Positions 42,070 through 55,014 of a DNA stretch of 64,000 nt are shown here, piece after piece. Source of the stretch: Lama glama (taxonomy: Eukaryota); NCBI GenBank assembly GCA_028534125.1, contig CM052816.1, positions 62,188,001 to 62,252,000 on the forward strand, written 5' to 3'. A program made the translations under genes and the position numbers. A model generated the notes under the pieces. That model searched no databases. It saw nothing but the letters and a program-made list of their open reading frames with translations, and was not told the DNA's origin. The first letter of the stretch is position 1, and each line of letters opens with the position of its first letter.

Positions 42070-43215
42070 GAGATTTCATTATTTAGTTTGTTAAAGAATA
42101 AACAGTTATGCTTTAAAAATGACACAATTAGTTCTTCAAAATTCATAGTAGCAGTAAACTGTTTTCATTACATGCAGAGTCCTTTTTAACAATTCTTTCC
42201 ATTAACTTTATGGGATCAGATTTTGATTTTTTGTTAGGCTCAGATATAGCATTCTGAATTAGTTTAGTTGAGTTGAAAGTTAAGTCTTCAAGTTTTAAAG
42301 AGTTTGACTTTGTATTCAGTGACATTTTTGAATGAAGATGCAGCCTTGTGATTTATCTATTTTAAACATGGTGTACATTCAAGCCTTGATTATATGAGAA
42401 GCAGTGGGTTGAAATCACCAAACTTCTTGCTCTTGTACTAATTTTCCATTCTTACCTGTGCAGTGAGAGGAGTTGGTAGAAGAATCATACAGGGCGAATG
42501 GGGAGTCTGTTCCATAACCTAGCCATCGCTATTACGGGTTATAAGATACTAAGGGTCTCCATAGGGAATAGGAACGAACCATTCTTTGAAACCAGCCTTA
42601 ATTTGTATGCCACTAACCAGAACTTGAGACACTGTGACTGTGTTTAGTCACACTTACTAACCTTCCTGTTAATTATTTCAAAAGTTTAAAGTGTGGCATC
42701 ATTTAATATCCTAACCAAAAACCTCTTAAGACATTTTCGCTGAAAATACAAATGATCTTAATCTTCCACATGAATAATTTAGGGTAGTTTGTGGAACATT
42801 TCCTAAGACTGAGATTTGTTAAACCTCAGAATGGTTTCCTTAGGAAGTCTTTGGGGTTGCTCCCTGTGGAGATCTTTACATGGTCTTTACTTTGAGACGC
42901 CTTAGGCATGATCCTGCCAGAAAGCAGGGGGCGTGCTAGTGACTTTTCTGTTCTAATATCTGTAATTAAAGAGAAAATGGTGCTAACGTGAACATAAATC
43001 TTCCAAAAACAAAAATGCTAGATAGAACGTAACTAGGATGGAAGAAAATTGAAGGAAGGGACTGGGTTAGGAAATGGGAAAACATGGGGGATGGAACTTT
43101 TGGCAATGTGATGCCTATTTCTGAAGTATTGAACATAATAATATTGAGTCATAATGGTGGCATTTTATGGAAAAAGTTGAATCAATATGTGTATTTCCCC
43201 TATAAATTACTATAG

Positions 43216-43394
43216 GCATTCTCTGATCTGATGGAACATATCGGGGGCCGGGGGCAGGAATTTCACTATTCATGGTCTGATCTTCTGTCTATCCTTCCCG
43301 TAGTGGAGCTGGTTTAAGTTGTCAGAGTAACAGGTGCATGAATGCTTGAAGGACTTGGAAATGGAGTTTATGAATACCCAGCTCTGTATGGGAG
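43216..43394 (+). pseudogene. NT5EL: 5'-nucleotidase-like pseudo-exon D
   Basis: Acceptor tactatag|GC, then IL*SDGTY / RNFTIH / DLLSILPVVELV*VVRVTGA*MLEGLGNGVYEYPALYGR and donor AG|GTGTGT. Stops are at 43224-43226, 43315-43317 and 43339-43341. Confidence 0.88.
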
Positions 43395-44029
43395 GTGTGT
43401 ACAAATACATGATTCTACTATCTGTGCTTCTAATAATAATTCACTACTTTTTTTTGCATAATGAAACTGAAAGAAAATTCCGAAATTAAATATACTTTAA
43501 CATTTAAAAATTTAAATATATAAAACTTTGAAATGTTTGTGTATAAGGATGGTATTTAGAAATACCTGAAATTATTTTTTTTAAAAAGTAGTCTGAGATT
43601 GGCAAAGTATTGATCTGTAAAAATACTTCCTACTAAAATTAGGATTATTTTTAGTTGTAATGGATATATTTGAGTGGGTCTGTAATTTCAATATCTAAGT
43701 ACCTAAAATTCCTTTCTTTCCTTTCAGATTTAGAAATTCCACCTTTTTTGACCAGGTTTATACCAAATCTCAGTGTAGAATTCTTAAATGAGGATGAAAT
43801 AGTAGTTTTAAGGGGTTGTGATGTATCTTTTCCATCCTCTAAGCCCTAAACCAAAATATGTGACAAGGAAGTAGCTCAATATTGTACTCTATGGTATAGC
43901 TACACCCTGTAAGCTATAGGGTGTCATAATGGCTGGGGTTAATAAGAGACTGAAAAAAGTGAGACCAACCATCTTGAGAGAAAGTGTTTAGAAAAATCTT
44001 TCGCTTTTATAAAGTGTTACATCAGTTAA

Positions 44030-45955
44030 GCTTTGTCTTAAAAGCTTTGAGATATTCACATACCATACAGTTCATCCAGTTAAAGTGTATAATTCTGTGT
44101 TTTTCAGTCTGTTCACAGAGTTGTGCTACTATTACGACAATTTTAGAATATTTTTTTATCACCCTCAAAAGAGAAACCCTGTAATCATTAGAAATCACTC
44201 TCCATTTTCTTTGAAACCTCCCAGCCCTATGCAACCACTAATTTCCTTTCTCTCTCTATGGATTTTCCTATTCTGTACATTTTATATAAATGAAATCATA
44301 TAGTGTGTGGCTTTTTTCCTGGATTATTTCACTTAAGAGTGTTTTCAAGTTTCATCCATGTATAGCGTGTATTAGTACTTCATTTCTTTTTATTGCTGAG
44401 TAATATTCCATTGTATGGATAATAATACATTTTATTATTCATGCATCATTGATGGACATTTAGGTTGATTCTAGTTTGGGGCTGTTATAAATAATATTGC
44501 TATGAAAATTTATGTACAAGTGTTTGTGTGGACATGTTTTCATTTTTCTTAGATATCTATCTAGAAACAGTAGTACTGGGTCATATTGTAATTCTACTTT
44601 ACCCTTTTGAGAAATTGCCAGACTGTTTTCCAAAGTAGCTGTGTCATTTTACATTCCCACCTGCAGTGTATGAGGGTTTCAATTTTTCTGCCTCCTTGTA
44701 ACACTTCCTTTGTTTTGATAATAGCCATCCTAGTGGGTGTGAAGTGGCATCTCATGTGGTTTTGATTTGTATTTCCTTGATGGCGGCTAGTCATGTTGAG
44801 CATCTTTTCATGTACTTATTAGCCATTTGCATATCTTCTTTCTACTCATATCCTTTGCTCTTTTAAAAATTGAATTGTTTTTTGAGTTACAGGAGTTCTT
44901 TTAGATACAAGTCTTATATCAGACAATTCGTAAACACTCTCACATTTTGTAGTTGATCTTTTTACTCTGTGGCATTCTTTGAAGAACAAAAGTTTTTAAT
45001 TTTTATGATGTCCAATTTTTCTTTTTTGTTGTTGTTGCTTGTGCTTTTGTCATCATATGTAAAAACCATGGCCTTGATAGAAAGTGGGAATTGACTGCTA
45101 ATGAGTACTGGCTTTTGCGATGAAGGAAGTGTTTTAAAATTGATTATGATGATGGTTGCACAACTCTGTGAATGTATTCAAACCACTGAGTTGTAAAAAT
45201 AAATAAATAAATAAAAACCCCAAAGCAACAACAACAAAAATGATTGTGTCATTCAGTGATCAAACAGTTAAGCCTGTACTTCTGACCTTGAGCCTTTAAT
45301 CCACGTTAATTTTTGTGTATGGTATAGTGAAGTGATTCAACCTTAGTCTTTTATGTGTAGATGTCCAGTTGTTCCAGAACCATTTATTGAACAGACTGTT
45401 TTTCCCCCATTAAAATGTCTCAGCACCCTGTCTAAAATCAATTTACCATAAATGTAAGGGTCAATTTCTGGACTCTCAATTGTATTTTATTGCTCTGAAT
45501 GTCTATCCTGATTGGCAAAACCACACTGTCTTGATTACTGTAGCTTTGTAGTAAGTTTTGAAATCAGGAAATGAGTCTTGCAACTTTGTTCTTTTCTTTC
45601 AAGTTTCTCTTGGCTATTCTGGGTCCCTTGTATTTCCATATGAATTTTAGAATCAACTTTTCAATTTCCAGGAAAAACAAGGCAGCTGAGATTTTTGAGG
45701 TGGATTGTGTTAAATCTATGGACCAATTTGGGTACTGACATTTTAATACTAAGTCTAATCCATCAACACAGGATGTCAGATCATTTACTTAGCTCTTCAA
45801 ACAATGTTTTTTAGTTTAAGATTATAAATTTTGCACTTCTTTTATTACATTTATTCCTAAATATTCTTTTGGATGCCTTTGGAAATGAAATTGTTAATTT
45901 CATTTTTGCACTGTTCATTGATAGTGTTTAGAAATACAGTTGGTTTTTTGTATGT
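44030..45955 (-). mobile_element. LINE-1 (L1M-type) 3'UTR and ORF2 fragments
   Basis: Minus ORF 'HMRCHFTPTRMAIIKTK...TLIHCRWECKMTQLLWKTVWQFLKRVK' plus typical antisense text. Confidence 0.88.
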
Positions 45956-46934
45956 TAAGTAAGTGATGTTAAGTAAGCATCAAACCAACCTGATGCTAAT
46001 GATGCTAATGGAGGATGAACTGAGAGAGAAACTTACAGTAGCATCATTGGCCTATGTGTACAGTTTAGGGTGAAGGGGTGGGAGGCATAACAGGAGCAGG
46101 ATGAAGCTTTGGAGTCAAAAGTAAAATTATTTTAAAAGTTATTTTATAGTGTTTCAGACTTTGCTTTGGTTGACTGAGTTTTAGGCATGTACTAAGATGC
46201 TAGCTTGGTAGGGTTAAGGTGATACTAGGAATTATGCAGCAGTAAAAAAGAGATGACAAATACCTGGAAATACTTCCCATTTCCATCTTAGCAGTATGGC
46301 AAATGGATGTTCTAAGAGAAAAACTAATCTGAAATAGTTGACAGGTGCTGTTGTCTGCCTGGGGGTGGGCCCACTCAAACAAGCATCCTGTCTGCTGGCA
46401 GTAATTGGGCTGGGAAGGGCAGACCGAGTCAAATGCCAAAAATCAACCCAGCTTCTGGCAGATGGCAGTACTTTATCAGCATTCTCAGTGAACAGTTATT
46501 GGACAAACATTTGTACTTGTCCTATAATCAGGAATAATTATAAAACTTATGCACATAAATTCTTGTATTCTTCAGTGTTAGTTATTAATGTGTTTTAAGG
46601 AAAATTCTCAGTTATTCAGACCCTTAATATGTCACTAGGAAAAGCCAGATTTTTCTAGCTAAGAGTTAACTCTTTAATTTCAGAGCTTAAATTTTATCAT
46701 TTTGGATGAAAACTTACTAAAATGGACTGTGTACTTTTCTGCCTTCAAATGTATCACTAAAGTTCACCCTGGTTACTGACTCAAGGTCATCATCATTAAC
46801 CTTGAGTAATGTGCTGAAGATATTATGTACAAATGCAAATACCAGTTATGTGAGCCCTCACAGAAAGAATTCACTTGAGTTGAAAAAAACATTCCCACTA
46901 GGATTTAGTTTTCTTGAAAAATCTCGTTTTTTTA

Positions 46935-47500
46935 AAAAAATTTAATAGCTTTGTTGAGATACAATTCATATAACATACAATTTACCCTTTAAAGTGCATA
47001 ATTGAATGTTTTTCAGTATTTCAGAGTTGTGTGGCCATAATATAGTCAATTTTAGAACATTTTCATCATCCCAAGAAGAAACCCTGTACCCATTAGCAGT
47101 CACTCCATGTTCCCCCCAAAAGTCCCAGTCCTAGGCAGCCACCAGTCTATGTTCTTTCTTTATGGACTTGTATAATCTGAACATCTCATATAAATGGAAT
47201 CATTTGTGGCATTTATGATTGGCTTCTTTCAGCAAGTATTTTCAAGATTCATCCATGTTGTGGCTTGTGTCAGTATTTCATTCCTTTTTATTGATGATGA
47301 ATAGTCGTGTGTGTGTGTGTGTGTGTGTGTGCGCGCTCGCGCACGCGCGTGCACCCCCCCACGCACACATTTTATTTATCCATCAGTTGATGGATAGTTG
47401 ATTGTTTCTGCTTTTTGTCAGTTTTAAGTAACGTATAATAATCATTCATATACAAGTTTTTCTGCAGACCTATGTTTTAATTTTTCTAGAGTATATATCT
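46935..47500 (-). mobile_element. LINE-1 3'UTR fragment containing a (TG)n/(CG)-rich microsatellite at ~47307-47350
   Basis: 'atagctttgttgagatacaattcatataacatacaatttaccctttaaagtg...aagaaaccctgtacccattagcagtcactcc'. Confidence 0.85.
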
Positions 47501-48154
47501 CTTAGGTGTATATTTGTCCTGCAAGTAAATACTTTTTTGGTTACTTGATTTTTTTTCCTCACAAAGGTGAAATGAGGCACCTATAATCATAAGACATCAT
47601 AGGTGGTATAGCATGGCTGCTTTTCTATGAGATTAATAGATCAAATGCTAAAGCTTTTTATAAGTGGCTTTTCCTTCAGAATTTTACCATCCTTTTTTAA
47701 ACTGTTGTGGTTATTTTTCCACTTGTGAGCACCATTTTGGAATGTCATCTAAATATTATAATGAGGTTGAAGGTCCTGGGTGATACCTGCATGAAGGATC
47801 AGTTCTCATCACGTAACTTCATATTTTGAATAACACCATTTTCCACAGACTGATTTAGTGTGGTAACGTGGAGGAGCAGTCACTAGTCACTAACAATACT
47901 TTGGGTTAAATTCTGGGATTGCATTCTAAACTAATAACTTTGATATTCTTTGGTAAGCCTATGATTCTGAAAAAATCATGTAGTAATTATAAAAGAAGAT
48001 AATAAATCAGTGATAAAAATATCACTTACTAGGCTTTCATGTGTTTTAGTTATCGGATATTTATTGAGTGCTGGCTGTGTACTAGGCACCATCATTGGAA
48101 TTAAAAAATAAATAGGGCATGGTTTTTGCCCATGAGAAGTTTTATAGCATAGTA

Positions 48155-48156
<2 letters not shown>

Positions 48157-48217
<61 letters not shown>
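48157..48217 (+). repeat. Compound (CT)n(AT)n microsatellite
   Basis: Read directly. Confidence 0.97.
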
Positions 48218-48222
<5 letters not shown>

Positions 48223-49864
48223 CTGGTAGGAGCTGGAAGGAAGGGGTTCTTAAGAAACAGAATAGCAAGAGTATGTAGTGCATGTGAGAAAGTGGTATGA
48301 GTTTGAAAAGGCAAGGTAGGGCCAACTTGGGACTATGTCACCTAAATATTGGAGATCTTTACTGTGGGTCAAGGGGAATTGTCACTTGATTTTAAGCAGT
48401 GATCTCATTTGTAGTTCAAGAGAAATAGCTGGTATTATTGACAGGGTAGAGAATAAAGGGACCATGGGGGATGGATGGATGCAAAGGATGTTTCTAAGGT
48501 AGAATCAGCACCAGTTGAGACTTGATTAGACTTGGATGTAGAGGTGTGATCAGAAATTTGGTTAGGTTTGGATGCAGAGATATTGTCAGATTTCATTAAA
48601 TTGCTTTGAGACAAGAAATACAGATGTTTAGGGCTGGTTAAATCAGTCTCCTAGTCCTGGGTTCAGCTGTTCAGCAGAATGTGTTACTGGTCTTGAACTC
48701 ATTCTACACTCCTGTCTTTTAACATATGTTGCATTTCCTGGATCTGATACTCTGCTGTTTCTTTACACATCTACTTACTCCCTCAGAAAATCATTTTCTC
48801 ATCTGTTTTTTTTTATAAGTAGACAAAAAATTATTATCTGATGACTGAATTTGCATATGCCCAGACAGGTCTGTGTCATGCCAACTGCAAGAGGGACAGT
48901 TAAGGTGAAGACAAGTATCTTTATGTCGGGGTGAATCATATTGCCTACAGCTGACACAGGAAACATTGGAAGAACAGGGTTAAGAGAACACAAAACAACA
49001 GACAGTGTGTCTCTCTTGAATTCTATATGGTGAAATGTTCTTAACTTTATTTTACTTTATAGGACTATATAGACTACCCAAGGAAAACAGTCAAGCTGTT
49101 TTAAGCTTGCAGGGACTTGATTTAGCGGACTCGCCAGACTTAAAGCTGTAAAACATCAAGACAGTAGATACATTTTTCATCAGAATTTTAAAGCTGTTGA
49201 GGGTATAGTCTGTGTTGAGTTCTTACAACATGTTAGGTTATATCACTTCTCTGCCCTAAACTCTCCAGTGGTTTCCCACCTTGTTCGAAGTAAAAGCAAA
49301 TCTTTACGTACAAAGCCCTGCATGCTGTTTGCCCATTGCTTTGCTTTCTTTACTATATATATTTCTATTGACATATAGTCAGTTTACAACACTGTGTCAG
49401 TTTCTGGTGTACAGCATGATGCTTCAGTCATACATGAACATGTACATTCATTTTCACATTCTTTTTCACCATAAGTTACTACAAAATATTGAATATAGTT
49501 CCCTGTGCTATACAGTATGAACTTGTTTATTTTATATATAGTAGTTAGTATCTGCAAATCTATTGCTTTTCTGATGTCATCATTTACTAATCTCTTGATT
49601 CTTCTGCTCCAGTCACACTGGCCTCTTTGTCAGTATGGTTCCTTGACAGAGGAATTCTTTTGCTTCAGGGCACTTGCACTTTTCTGTATTTCTGCTTAGC
49701 ATGGTCTTCTTCCAATATCCACATGGCGCTCTCTCACTGTACTCAAGTGTTTACTCAAAAGTTACCTTTTCTGTGATGCCTTATCTGGGCACCCTTCAAA
49801 AAATGCAGCTGTAACATTACATACCCCCTTCCTCCTGCCCAGCATTTATCACTATTCAACATAA

Positions 49865-49951
49865 CTTTTTAATAACAGAGGAACTGGGGATTGAACCCAG
49901 AACCTTCTGTATGCTAAGCATACACTCTATCACTGAGTTATACCCACCCCC
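49865..49951 (-). mobile_element. tRNA-derived SINE, camelid Vic-1-like, inside an L2 remnant
   Basis: Minus strand 'gggtataactcagtgatagagtgtatgcttagcatacagaaggttctgggttcaatccccagttcctc', with TSD caacataa (49857-49864, 49953-49960). Confidence 0.85.
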
Positions 49952-50335
49952 ACAACATAAATTTTCATGTATTTATTTTATTATCTGTCTCCTCCACTAT
50001 TACTGAAACTCTGTGAGGGCAAAGATTTTTCTCTTATATTCCCAGTTCCCTAGATACACATTAGGTACTCTAAAATATTTGTGACAAGAAAGAAGGAAGG
50101 AGGGAGGGAGGAAGGAAAGAAAGGAGAAAAAAGGGCATGAATTCTTCCATAATGCCATTAAATTTACTGACATAATTTTCGTCAGCTATAAAGGTCTCTA
50201 CTTTTAATAGTCCATCTCCTTTAAAATGTCAAAGCCAAAAATCCTAGAAAGTAAAAACATGACCCAAATAACCGCATTTGCTTATAGATTTTTTTTCCTG
50301 ACTTTTTAACTGTCTGTGGACCAAAGATAAGGCAC

Positions 50336-51239
50336 TGCTATAGGATGAATTGCGCCCCCATCCCCAACAAATTCCTGTGTTAAAGTCTTAATGCCAGTAC
50401 CTCAGAATGTGAGTTCTTTTAGCAAAAGCGTTGTTGATGAAAGACTGGATTAGGGTAGGCCAGTCATCCAGTTTGACTGATGTCCTTATGAAAAGGGGAA
50501 ACCAGAACAGAACACAGATGTACGCAGAGGAGAATGTCGTGTGAAGATGGTGGCAGAGATCTGCAGGCCAAGGAATGCCATTGTTGGCCAGCAAACCTCC
50601 AGAAGCCGAGAGGGCAGCGTGAACAGATTCTCCATCACTGCCTTCAGAAGGAATCAACACTGCTGACAGCCCTGGACTTTTAGCCTCCAGAAGTGAGACA
50701 ATAAATCACAGACATACCTTGAAGCTACTGTGGGTTCAGTTCAGTCCACCACAGCAAAGCAAATATCACAATTAAGCAAATCACAAATTTTTCGGCTTCC
50801 CAGTGCATATAAAAGTCATATTTACACTACACAGTAGTCTATTAAGTATGCAATAGCATTGTCTTGTAAAACAATGTACATGCCTAAGTTAAAAATACTT
50901 CATTGCTAAAAAATGCTAACCATCATCTGAGCCTTCAGTGGATTGTAATAATAATGTCAAAGATCACTGATTACAGATCACTGTAACAAATATAATAATG
51001 ATGAAAAAGTTTGAAATACTGTGAGAATTACCATAATGTGACTCAGACATGAAGTGAGCAATTGTTGCTGGAAAAATGGTGCCAGTAGACTTGCTGGACA
51101 CAGGGTTGCTGCAATCCTTCACTTTGTTAAAAAAAAAATGCAGTTAGGTGAAGCACAATAAAGCGAGATATGCCTGTACTGTTGCTTAAGCCACTCATTT
51201 CGTGGTGTTTTGTTATGGCAGCCCCAGCCAACGAGTACA
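50336..51239 (+). mobile_element. MaLR MLT1-type LTR split by a Tigger1-derived MITE
   Basis: 'gccaaggaatgcca...cagattctccatcactgccttcagaaggaatcaacactgctgaca...gagacaataaat' resumes after the insert as 'ctgttgcttaagccactcatttcgtggtgttttgttatggcagccc'. Confidence 0.85.
50709..51176. mobile_element. Tigger1-derived MITE (~470 bp)
   Basis: TIRs cagacataccttg / cgagatatgcctg followed by TA; the interior matches Tigger1 terminal sequence as recalled. Confidence 0.85.
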
Positions 51240-51981
51240 GGCGCTCTCAGTTTCCCTCACTGAGAAAAATTTTAAAAGAACAATAAATGATGCATTTGAA
51301 TTTGAACATATATTTCATATGGTAGTTTTTTAAAATTGTGTCTTTGAAAATGTATTAAAACTACAGGAAAATATTAAAGGGTAAAATAAGGAACTCTAAC
51401 ATCTCAGATGAAAAATCGTCTTTTTTTTTTTTTGCAGATTTTCTTGTTTAAACATTTTATTTACAAGTAATTATAGATTGACAGGAGATTGGCTTTTTTC
51501 ACCCGATGCCCTTGTGATCTATCCAGGTTACTACATCTATCAGTAGTTCGTTTCTTTTCATGACTGAGTGGTATTCCACGGTGAGGGTGTATCACAGTTT
51601 GTTTACTCACTCACCAATGGAGGGCGTGTTGGGTATTTCCAGTTTTGGGCTATTACAGATAAAACTTATGCGTATGTATGTACATGTGTTGTGTGAATGT
51701 GAATTTTCAGTCCTCTGCTGTAAATGCTGAGGAATGCAATTGCTGGAGCACATGGTAAATGTATGTTTACTTTCTTAAAAAACTGCCAAACTGTTTCTGA
51801 GTTGCAGCACACTTTCCATCAGAAGTGTGTGAGAGACCCCAGTCTCTCTTCATGTCCACCAACATTTGGTATTAACAGCTATTTTAAATTTTATTTGTTC
51901 TTATAGGTGTAGAGTGATATTGTGGATTTAATTTAAGATGTTGAAAATCTTTTTAAGTGTTTATCTACTACTTGAATATCT

Positions 51982-54900
51982 TCATTTCCATTCATCCATC
52001 AACAGATACTTGGCTTGTTTCTGTACCTCGGCTATTGTGAATAATGCTATGGTGAACATGGGAGTACAGATATCTCTTTGAGATAATTCTTTCATTTCCT
52101 TTCGATATATACCCAGAAGTAGGATTACTAGATTATGTGATAGTCCTATTTTTAATTTTTGGAGACACCTCCAGACTTTTCCAAAGTTGCTGTACCAGTT
52201 TACATTCCTGCCAGCAGTGTACAAAGGTTCCGTTTCCTCCACATCCTTACCACACTTGTCATCGCTTGTCTTTTTGATGATAGCCATCCTAACAGTGTGA
52301 CGTAATAACACATTGTGGTTTTGATTTGCATTTCCCTGATGTTAATGATGTTAAGCATATTCTCATGTACCTTTTGGCCATTTGTATGTCTTCTTTGAAA
52401 AAATGTCTCTTTAGGTCCTTTGCCTGTTTTTAATTGGATTATTTGTATTTTTGCTATTGTGAGTTCCTTGTATACTTGTAGATAGTAACCCCTTAGGGTG
52501 AGATATGGCTTGCAAATATTTTCTCCCAATTTGTAGGATTTATTGGTTACATCTTTGCTGTCCAGAAGCTTTTTAGTTTGATGTAGTCTCGATTGTTTAT
52601 TTTTGCTTCGTTACCTGAGTTTTTGCATATATTCATAAAATCATTACCAAGGCCAATGTCAAAGAGAACTTTTTCTATATTTTTTTCTAAGATTTTTATG
52701 GTGTTAGGTCTTACATATAAGTATTTCATCCATTTGGGGTTAATTTTTGTGAGTGGTATAAGTTGGGGATCCAGTTTAATTTTTTTTGCATATGAACAAT
52801 CAGTTTTTATAGAACACTTTATTAAAGATTCTGTCATTTCTCCCTGGTGTGTTCTTGGTGCCCTTGTCAAAGATTAGTCAACTGTATATATCTGTGTTAT
52901 TTCTGGGTTCTTGTGTCTGTACAGTTGGTCTTTGTGTCTGTTTTTATGCCAGTACCATACTTTTTGATTATGATTACTTTGTAATATAGTTCAAAATTAG
53001 CAAGTGTGATGCCTCCATGTTTTTCCTTCATTCTCAGTATTGGTTTGGATATTTGGGTCTTCTGTGGCTCCATATAAATTTTAGGATTGTCTTCTAATCT
53101 GTGAAAAATGCTACTAGGAATTTTGATAGCAATTGCATTGAATCTGCAGATTGCTTTTAGTAGTATGGACATTTTAATATTATTAATTCTTTTAATTCAA
53201 AACATAGGTTATCTCTCCATTTATTTGTGTATTCTTCAGTTTCTTTTATCAGTGTCTTAACAGGTTTCAGTGTAGCGATCTTAACCTTCTTAGTTAAATT
53301 TATTCCTAAGTATTTTATTGTTTTTGTTATTGTAGGTGGGATTTTAAAAATTTCTTTCTCAGATAATTTGTTGTTAGTGTATAGAAACTACTGATTTTTG
53401 TACATTGAGTTTCATATCCTGCAGCTTTATTGAATTTGTTGATTAGATCCAACAGATTTTTGGTGGAATCTTTAGGATTTTTCTATATATAAGATCATGT
53501 CATCTGCAAATAGAGACAATTCTACTTCTTCCTTTCCAATTTTGATGCCTTTTATTTATTTTTTCTTGCATGATCACTCTGTCTAGGACTTCCAGTACTA
53601 TGTTGAATAGGAGTGGTGCGAGTGGGCACCTTTGTCTTCTACTGATCTTAGAAGAAAAGCTTTCAACCTTTCATCACTGAGTGTTATGTCTTTTGTAGGC
53701 TTGTCATAGATGGCCTTTATTATGTTGCAGTATGTTCCCTCTGTAACTAATTTGTTGAGATTTTTAAAAATCATGAATGATTATTGAATTTTGTCAACTG
53801 CTTTTTCTGCATCTATTAAGATGATCATATGATTTTTATCTTTTCTTTTATTGATGTAATGTGCTACACTTATTGATTTGCATATGTTGAATCATCGTTG
53901 CATCCCAGGGATAAATCCCACTTGATCATAGTGTGTAATCCTTTTAATGTACTGCCGATTTCAGTTTGCTAGTATTGTGTTGATTATTTTTGTATCTATG
54001 CTTATAAGGGAGATTGGCTTGTAGTTTTCTTGTAGAATTCTTATCTGCCTTTGATATCTGGGTAACAGTGGGCTCGTATAATGAGTTTGATAGTGTTCCC
54101 TCTTCGTTGAATTGTTTGAAAGAATTTGAGAGAATTAGCATTAATTGTTCTTTAAATATTTGGTAAAATTAACCAGTGAAGCAGTCTGTGCCTGGACTTT
54201 TCTTTCTTGGGAGGTTTTGGATGACTGATTCAATCTCCTTACTTGTTATCTCTGCAGATTTTTTTTTTATTCCTTATTTAGTCTTGGTAGGTTGCAGGTT
54301 TATAGGAATTTATCTGTTTCTTCTGGGTCATCCAGTTTGTTGGTATATAGTTCATAGTAATTTCTTAGGATTCTTTGTATTTCTGTGGCATTAGTTGTAA
54401 TGTCTCTTCATTCATACATAATTTTATTGATTAGGGTTCTCTTTTTCTTGGTGAATCTAGCTAAAGGTTTGTTAGTTTTGTTTCTTTTCGAAGACCAGTT
54501 CTTAGTTTTGTTAATCTTTTCTATTGTTTTCCTTTCTCTGTTTCATTTATTTTTGCCTTAATGTTTATTATTTCCTTCCTTCTGCTGACTTTGGGCTTCG
54601 TTTGTTCCTCCTTTTCTAGTACCTTGAGGTTTAAAGTTAAGTTGTTTATTAGAGATCTTTCTTTTCTCTTGCTGTGTGTATTTATCTCTGAACCTCCCTC
54701 TTAGAACAGTTTTTGCTGCATCCCATAAGTTTTAATATGTTGTGTTTCCATTTTCGTTTATGGGGCTCAGACTCATTACTCCTTGGTGAGAACTTCTGGA
54801 GTTGTGATTTGTGGGTCACCCACGAGGGCTATGGGCCTTGACTATACCATGGTTCTACCTCCTACGTGTCTCATTGTGATACTTTTTTTATTATCTTTAG

Positions 54901-55010
54901 TTGTGGAAGATTTTTTCTGGAAGGTCCTAGCCTTTCTCATCAATAGTTGGTGTGCCTATGAAAAGAGGTGCGCTGAGGGTCTTCCTATTCTGCCACCTTG
55001 GCCAAGCCCC
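51982..55010 (-). mobile_element. LINE-1: about 2.8 kb of ORF2 joined to a ~250-bp 5'UTR-like end
   Basis: Minus ORFs give ORF2 peptides ('MSILLKAICRFNAIAIKIP', 'KLDPQLIPLTKINPKWMKYL', 'EEGTLSNSLYEPTVT'). On the minus strand 55010-54760 begins 'tggccaaggtggcagaataggaagaccctcagcg', like an L1 5' end. Confidence 0.85.
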
Positions 55011-55014
55011 CACT

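Noticed and set aside
42915..42940. CTCF-like motif agcagggggcg
   Set aside because: It lacks the 5' CC of the core consensus; a partial motif alone is not enough evidence.
43902..43924. Small hairpin acaccctgtaagctatagggtgt
   Set aside because: A short stem like this is expected by chance in 64 kb and has no supporting context.
48840..48990. 'GTVKV' stretch as the missing FPQVSG exon
   Set aside because: The sequence fits an antisense L2 remnant better and has no FPQ motif or good acceptor.
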